64,000 nucleotides of DNA from an uncultured Acidobacteriota bacterium. GTDB lineage: Bacteria > Acidobacteriota > Thermoanaerobaculia > Gp7-AA8. Positions within the stretch are counted from its first letter, which is position 1, and the number at the start of each line of letters is the position of its first letter. Of this stretch, positions 58,299 through 64,000 are shown piece after piece. A program made the translations under genes and the position numbers. Under the pieces are notes generated by a model, which saw only the letters and a program-made list of their open reading frames with translations, was not told the origin of the DNA and searched no databases. The DNA is taken from the NCBI GenBank assembly GCA_963822445.1, contig CAWGHO010000001.1, forward strand, positions 992,001-1,056,000, written 5' to 3'.

Positions 58299-58964
58299 AT
58301 GCCAGCGGAGGCGGCGGAATCGATTCTCGAGCACGGCTCGGCAACGTTTTTCTATCGTCCGCGAGTCGAGGAGCAGCATGCGGATGAGCTCGACGACGTC
58401 CAGCGGCTAATCATCGTCTTCGCGCCGCAGGGCGGGACGTTCGAGCGAGCCATCTCCATCGGCCGCAAGCGCCTTCCCCGGTCAGCGCGCCGCGATCGTT
58501 TCTGGGGCTTCGTCGACCTCGTCCTCACCCCGTACGACATGAACGCCGCCCTCGGCGCCCAGGTCTACGGAACCAAGACCCGCGGATTGCGCCACCTTCC
58601 CGCCGCGCAGCAGTTCGCGGACGGTGCGTACGAGCTCGCCTGGCACGGCGCGCACGCGCACCTGCGCTGGCAGATCGATCAGTTCGACGGCGAGGATCCC
58701 GTGGCCGCGAAGATCGAGCTCGAACGCGACGCGGACTACATCCTCACGGTCATGAACCCCGACCCGACGGTCTGGGGCCTCCTCGAGACACCCGATCTGC
58801 AGGCCCAGCTCTTCGACGACCTCGAGCTGCACGTCACCATCCCCACCCCGTTCCCGCCCGCCCTCCAGCAGCGTTTCGGCAACCGCAAATACGCGCAGGT
58901 CGATTCGCCGGAATGGCTCGACCACCCGGGCGCGGAGCTGGTGTTCGTCGGCGCCGGCGAGTAA
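58299..58964 (+). CDS. Conserved-type hypothetical protein
   Basis: G..FFYRPRV, IGRKRLP, FWGFVD, LDHPGAELVFVGA; start could be 58287. Confidence 0.65.
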   Translation: MPAEAAESILEHGSATFFYRPRVEEQHADELDDVQRLIIVFAPQGGTFERAISIGRKRLPRSARRDRFWGFVDLVLTPYDMNAALGAQVYGTKTRGLRHLPAAQQFADGAYELAWHGAHAHLRWQIDQFDGEDPVAAKIELERDADYILTVMNPDPTVWGLLETPDLQAQLFDDLELHVTIPTPFPPALQQRFGNRKYAQVDSPEWLDHPGAELVFVGAGE

Positions 58965-58988
58965 CTTAGTCGCCTTCGGGAGGGGTCC

Positions 58989-59447
58989 ATGAATCGTCTG
59001 CAAGTCCAGTTGGGCTTCGTGCTGATCCTGTTGGCGCTGCTGACCGGCTTCGGCATGCCGCTGTTCACCAATCCGCGCCTCGGTCTCGCCGCCCACATCG
59101 TCGGAATCACCGGCGGCCTCGTCCTGATCGCGCTCGGCGCGCTCGCCGCCTCATTCAACCTCGGCCGGCGCTCATCGAAGGTGATGATGTGGTCCTGGGT
59201 CTACGCCGCCTACGCGAACTGGGTCGCGTCCGTGCTCGGCGCGATCACGGGAGCGAGCCGGCTCACGCCAATCGCCGGCGCAGCAACCACCGGCAGCTCA
59301 GCGGCCGAATCAGCCGTGGCGTTCCTGCTCGAAAGTCTCGCGGTCGCGGCGGTCGTGGGGACTGTGCTCGCGGTTTGGGGATTCCGGAAGGGGGCGGCGG
59401 TGCGGGCGGAGCAGCCGTTGACGGCGGGTTTGGCGCCCGAGGGGTGA
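58989..59447 (+). CDS. Small four-TM membrane protein (styrene oxide isomerase StyC-like)
   Basis: NPRLGLAAH, YANW, GASRLTPIAG; GGAGG RBS. Confidence 0.6.
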   Translation: MNRLQVQLGFVLILLALLTGFGMPLFTNPRLGLAAHIVGITGGLVLIALGALAASFNLGRRSSKVMMWSWVYAAYANWVASVLGAITGASRLTPIAGAATTGSSAAESAVAFLLESLAVAAVVGTVLAVWGFRKGAAVRAEQPLTAGLAPEG

Positions 59448-59498
59448 TGATCGTTATACGCACGGTTGCTGGACTGTGCGTATAACGCCGAGCGTTGC

Positions 59499-59604
59499 CT
59501 CTCCCCCGTGTCATCCCGAGCGAAGTCGAGGGACCTGGGCGGCTGGGTGGCGCGCCGCCCGTGCCACTGGGTCCCTCGACTTCGCTCGGGATGACACGGG
59601 AGAG
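59499..59604. repeat. REP-like palindrome (GTCATCCCGAGCGAAGTCGAGGGAC family) between convergent genes
   Basis: cccgtgtcatcccgagcgaagtcgagggacc..ggtccctcgacttcgctcgggatgacacggg. Confidence 0.88.
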
Positions 59605-60519
59605 TTACTCCAGTTCCGCCAGCACATTCCTCGTAATCGTCGGGATCAGGGTCTTGTCCCCTTCCGCGCCGCCGCTGCCGCGGGTGAAGATCACCAGGAT
59701 CCACTTCCGTCCGTTCGGCAGTTCGATGTACGCCGCGTCGTGGCGGACTTCGCTCGTCCAGCCGGCTTTCGACCAGAGCTTCGCGTCCGCCGGCAGCGCC
59801 TCGCCGATGAATTCCTTGATCTGATTCTCGTCCTCGCGCGGCGGTGCCAGCGGACGGTGAAGAAAATTCATCATCGCGTCGGCGCCCGGCGCGCGGCGCC
59901 GGACGATCCACAGCAACAACGACGCGGTCGCGTTCGCGGTGAGCTTGTTGCGATTCACGCGGTTCTCGCCGAGGACCTGGCGATCGACGCCGTAGGGGCC
60001 GAAGCTCCAGGGCTTCATCATCGCGCTGACGTTGTCGGTGTAGCCGAGGCGCTGGAAGCGGCGGTTGATCTCGCGGCGCTTCTCGATGTAGCGGCGCAGC
60101 GCGCGGCCTTCCAGTGACACACCGCCCGCCGTGCCGGCCAGGATGTCGACGATGTAGGCCGTCGCGTCGTTGTCGGAGACGACGATCATCTCCTTCATCG
60201 CCCGCTGCATGTCCGGCACGTTCGCGTTGCGCGTCGCGAAGACATCGGCGAGGAAGAACAGCTTGATCACCGAAGCGGGATAGAACGGCGCGTCGCCGTT
60301 CACGTCGCCGCGGGAGGTGATCCCCGGCTTGCTCACGTCGATCGCGCTGATGGCCAGATCCTCGGCCTTCAACTTCGGATACGCCTTCAGCGTCGCCTCC
60401 GCGGCGAGGCGGAGCTTCGCGGCGATCGCGGGATCGCGCGCGACGTCGGTGAACTCGCGAAAATCGGCGTGAGCCGCGATCGGAACGATCAGCCCAAGCA
60501 GCAGGAAGAGTCGGCGCAT
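59605..60519 (-). CDS. Class A beta-lactamase-like serine hydrolase
   Basis: PASVIK (SxxK), SDN, SKAGW, HDAAYI. Confidence 0.82.
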   Translation of the reverse strand: MRRLFLLLGLIVPIAAHADFREFTDVARDPAIAAKLRLAAEATLKAYPKLKAEDLAISAIDVSKPGITSRGDVNGDAPFYPASVIKLFFLADVFATRNANVPDMQRAMKEMIVVSDNDATAYIVDILAGTAGGVSLEGRALRRYIEKRREINRRFQRLGYTDNVSAMMKPWSFGPYGVDRQVLGENRVNRNKLTANATASLLLWIVRRRAPGADAMMNFLHRPLAPPREDENQIKEFIGEALPADAKLWSKAGWTSEVRHDAAYIELPNGRKWILVIFTRGSGGAEGDKTLIPTITRNVLAELE

Positions 60520-60523
60520 CGGC

Positions 60524-61624
60524 CTACTGTAATTTGAAATTGATGGTGAGGTTGAACAGGACCGGAATCGGCTTCCCGTCGCGCATCGCCGGCTTGAACT
60601 TCCACTTCTTTACCGCGTCGATGGCGGCAACGTCGATCGCCGGCCCGAGACTCTTGAGCACCGCGAAGTTCTCGGGCGCACCCGTTTCGGAAATGGCCAG
60701 CTCCAGGATCACGATTCCGCTGATCCGCGCCCGGCGGTAACCCTCGGGATACTCCGGCTCCACGCGTTCTGTGACTACGGGCGCGGTGATCGATTTGTCG
60801 AGGCGCGTCCATTTGATGTTCGGCAGATCCCGCAGGACACGATCGGGCGGCTGCCGGATCGGCTCGGCGGTCATGTTCGATCTCTCGATCAGATCCATGA
60901 AATCGATCTGCCGCGTGAACCTGCCGTTCTCGAACACGATGTCCTCGGCAGGATCACGCGATGGCGGAGTGGACCATGTTCCCGGATCGAACCTGCGATC
61001 AGCACCGGCGCTGATGATTCGATAGTCGTTCCTGTCGATCACGACCCGCAGCGGTGTTTTCCATGCATCGATGGCGTCAGGCGGCGCGAAGAAACCTGCG
61101 AGCGTGCCGTTGTCGGCGCGGTGCTTCTCGATGACCTTCGCGAAATTCGCCATGATCGCGCCGGTCATCTGCGGTCCGATCGCGGCCCGCATCCCCTCGC
61201 TGCGCATCGCCAGCAACATCATCTCGGCTTCGCGCATCGCCTTGACCGCCGGTGCATCCGCAGAAACGCGGTCGCAAAGCCAGTTGTGATTTGTGCGGAT
61301 GAACTTGCCGTCGTCGTAAACCACGTCGCCTTCGGTTCCCGTGAATTGCTCCGGCGTCTTCCAGCTCGCTTCGTCGAACTGCCGGTCGCTGCCCGCGGAG
61401 ACGATGCGAAGCCCGTCGATCCGATAGGCCGTGCCCCACGGGTCGGGGATCGGTACCTCGGCCGGCATCGTCGTGCCCAGCGCGCGGTGGATCTCCAGCA
61501 CGTGGGCGATGCCGAAGATTTTCTGGAGATTCTCGAGGCCGCTCGCGATGTCCGAATGTTCAGCGGCGCCCACCGGCGCGATGAAAATCAGAAGTGCCGC
61601 GAGCGCGGTTCTCACGTCCGCCAC
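60524..61624 (-). CDS. TonB C-terminal domain protein with two GspG-C-like repeats
   Basis: DPWGTAY..SAGSD and DAWKTP..SAGAD repeats; [19 protein letters not shown]. Confidence 0.72.
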   Translation of the reverse strand: MADVRTALAALLIFIAPVGAAEHSDIASGLENLQKIFGIAHVLEIHRALGTTMPAEVPIPDPWGTAYRIDGLRIVSAGSDRQFDEASWKTPEQFTGTEGDVVYDDGKFIRTNHNWLCDRVSADAPAVKAMREAEMMLLAMRSEGMRAAIGPQMTGAIMANFAKVIEKHRADNGTLAGFFAPPDAIDAWKTPLRVVIDRNDYRIISAGADRRFDPGTWSTPPSRDPAEDIVFENGRFTRQIDFMDLIERSNMTAEPIRQPPDRVLRDLPNIKWTRLDKSITAPVVTERVEPEYPEGYRRARISGIVILELAISETGAPENFAVLKSLGPAIDVAAIDAVKKWKFKPAMRDGKPIPVLFNLTINFKLQ

Positions 61625-63735
61625 TCCCGGATTCGCGCGACCACCTTTGCCGGCGTGAACCCGAGCTCCTCCGCGATCCGCTCGTACGGCGCGCTCGCGC
61701 CGAAGCGGTCGATACCGATCACCAGCGCGTCACGATTCACATACTTGTACCAGCCGTCGGAGCGGCCCGCCTCGATGCAAACGACGCGGCTGCGATCGCC
61801 GAGCACTTCGTCCTGATACGACGCCGGTTGCCTGTCGAACAGATCGAGACACGGCGCCGAGATTACTCGCGCATTCGTCCCTTCGCTCTTCAATTGCTCG
61901 GCGACCTTCACCGCCAGCGACACTTCCGAACCGGTGGCGATGATGGAGATGTCACCCTCCGCGTAAGCATCGAGCACATACGCGCCGCGCTCGATCTTCT
62001 TCGGATCGAACTCGAGCGGATGCGGAAGCGCGTCGACTTTCTGCCGGGTCAGCACGATCAGCGTCGGGCCATCGCTCTGCTTCAGCGCATGCGCCCAGGC
62101 CATCGCCACTTCGGGACCATCGGCAGGACGGAAGACGGTCAGGTTGGGGATCAACCGCAGCGCCCACAGATGCTCGACCGGCTGGTGCGTCGGCCCGTCT
62201 TCGCCGAGGAACACCGAGTCGTGGGTGAAGACGAAGATCGAGGGGATGCCCATCAGCGCCGCGAGACGGACCGACGGGCGCATGTAGTCGGAGAAGATGA
62301 GGAACGTCGCACCGTACGCGCGCCAGGCTCCGTAGAGCGTGATGCCGTTCACGATCGCGCCCATGGCGTGCTCGCGAATGCCGAAGTGCAGGTTGCGGCC
62401 TTTGAACACGTCGTCCGCGGGCAACGCTTTCTCGTGGCCCTTCGCCCGCTCGATGCTCCCCGCCTCTTTCATCAGCGTGTTCGTCGACGGTGCGAGATCC
62501 GCGGAACCGCCGATGACGAACGGCGCGATGTTGGCGATGTTCTGAATGACCTGGCCGGACAGCGCGCGCGTGGCCACGGCCTTGTCCGACTTCGCGGCCG
62601 CGAGCAGCGCCACTTCGTATCCATCCGGAAGAGAAGCGGTCCAGTAGCGATCCCACTCCTCGGCGACCTGCGGATGCCGCGCGCGCCACGCCGACATCTC
62701 CTTCTCCCACTTCTTGCGCTCGCGCGCGAGCTTCTTCGTCCGCTTGGTGAACTCCTCGCGGACGTCGTCCGCGACGAAGAACGTCGGCTCTTCCGGCCAG
62801 CCCAGCGCGGCCTTGGTCGCCTTCACTTCATCGCCGCCCAGAGGCTCGCCGTGCGCGCGCGCGGTGCCGTGATACTTCGGGCTGCCCCAGCCGATGATCG
62901 TCCTGGCGATGATCAGCGAAGGACGCGTGCCGTCCTTCTGCGCTTTCTTGATGGCCTTGCGAATGGCGGCGCGATCGTGACCGTCGATGGTCTGCACCTG
63001 CCAGCCCACGGCCTCGAACCGCTTCTTCACATCCTCGGAAAACGCGAGGCGCGTCTCCCCTTCGATGGAGATGTTGTTGTCGTCGTAGAGGTAAATGAGA
63101 TTGCCGAGGCCGAGGTGGCCGGCGATGGATGCGGCTTCGGAGCTGATGCCTTCCATCAGATCGCCGTCCGAGCAGATCGAGTAGACGAAGTGATCGACGG
63201 GCTTGAACGCGACCTCGTTGTTGAAGCGGGCCGCGAGCATCTTCGCGGCCAGGGCCATGCCCACGCCGTTCGCGAAGCCCTGGCCCAGTGGACCGGTCGT
63301 GACTTCGACGCCGGGCGCGTGTCCGAATTCGGGATGACCGGCGGTGCGCGATCCCCATTGCCGGAAATTCTTCAGCTCCTCCATGGTCATGTCCGGATAG
63401 CCGGTCAGATGGAGGAGCGAGTAGATGAGCATCGACGCGTGGCCGGCGGAGAGGATGAAGCGGTCGCGGTTTTTCCAATGCGGGTCGAGCGGATCGTGGC
63501 GGAGGAAGTCCGTCCAGAGCACGAAGGCCATGTCGGCCATGCCCATCGGCGTTCCGGGATGGCCGGACTTTGCTTTCTCGACGGCGTCGACGGCCAGGAA
63601 GCGGATCGTGTTGACGCAATCCTCTTCGAGCTTGTCTTTCCTGCCGACGGCGGGCTGGTTGCTTTGTTCGGCGATCGCGATCGCCGCCGCGCCTTCGGCG
63701 GCGGCAGAGCCGGGCGCCGGCGTTTTTTCTTCCAT
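61612..63735 (-). CDS. tkt: Transketolase
   Basis: Start MEEK at 63735; [36 protein letters not shown]. Confidence 0.95.
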   Translation of the reverse strand: MEEKTPAPGSAAAEGAAAIAIAEQSNQPAVGRKDKLEEDCVNTIRFLAVDAVEKAKSGHPGTPMGMADMAFVLWTDFLRHDPLDPHWKNRDRFILSAGHASMLIYSLLHLTGYPDMTMEELKNFRQWGSRTAGHPEFGHAPGVEVTTGPLGQGFANGVGMALAAKMLAARFNNEVAFKPVDHFVYSICSDGDLMEGISSEAASIAGHLGLGNLIYLYDDNNISIEGETRLAFSEDVKKRFEAVGWQVQTIDGHDRAAIRKAIKKAQKDGTRPSLIIARTIIGWGSPKYHGTARAHGEPLGGDEVKATKAALGWPEEPTFFVADDVREEFTKRTKKLARERKKWEKEMSAWRARHPQVAEEWDRYWTASLPDGYEVALLAAAKSDKAVATRALSGQVIQNIANIAPFVIGGSADLAPSTNTLMKEAGSIERAKGHEKALPADDVFKGRNLHFGIREHAMGAIVNGITLYGAWRAYGATFLIFSDYMRPSVRLAALMGIPSIFVFTHDSVFLGEDGPTHQPVEHLWALRLIPNLTVFRPADGPEVAMAWAHALKQSDGPTLIVLTRQKVDALPHPLEFDPKKIERGAYVLDAYAEGDISIIATGSEVSLAVKVAEQLKSEGTNARVISAPCLDLFDRQPASYQDEVLGDRSRVVCIEAGRSDGWYKYVNRDALVIGIDRFGASAPYERIAEELGFTPAKVVARIREWRT

Positions 63736-63833
63736 TGAAAACCTCCTGCGTGGCGCTCGCGGCGCGTGGGGCGGGCGGATTATACTCGGCGCACGGTCAG
63801 CGACTTCCCGGCACAATCGAATCGGAGCGAGTG

Positions 63834-64000
63834 ATGGTGGACGATAGCGTCACGGTCAAAGGATCTCCCGTTCGCAGCTTGCAGAAGTTCATCGATGCGG
63901 AGCTCAACCCCGAGCAACGCGAGGTTGTTTTCCGGGCTCTGCCGGCCGAGTACGCGTCGCGTTTCGGCGCGCCGGTGCTGGCGACCGAGACCGTGCCGGT
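63834..64000 (+). CDS. Hypothetical protein, 3'-truncated by window edge
   Basis: GGAG RBS; [19 protein letters not shown].. open to window end. Confidence 0.55.
   Translation, partial: MVDDSVTVKGSPVRSLQKFIDAELNPEQREVVFRALPAEYASRFGAPVLATETVP

Overview
High-GC bacterial chromosomal segment; the gene content (Ser/Thr kinase-PD40 propeller, several S9 peptidases, TonB proteins, PKD/matrixin surface protein) suggests Acidobacteriota, probably Thermoanaerobaculia-like (inference). It holds about 55 mostly housekeeping, envelope or secreted-protein genes, one tRNA-Gln(UUG) and several families of intergenic palindromic repeats. Highlights: (1) a complete IS110 element (5700-7242) inserted at a CC core in a REP-like palindrome, whose left end reads as a bridge RNA with target-binding and donor-binding loops matching its own insertion site and circle junction, plus a TTGACA-N17-TATAGC promoter formed only on circularisation; (2) a zinc-finger (HxxxCxxC)-TPR protein followed by a small secreted propeptide (35740-37416), resembling an undescribed peptide-signalling cassette; (3) pervasive leaderless-type -10 boxes; (4) 7-8-bp periodic palindromes that also occur inside coding linkers; (5) an aconitase with four +1 frameshifts. 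All calls come from manual reading of motifs; no searches were run.
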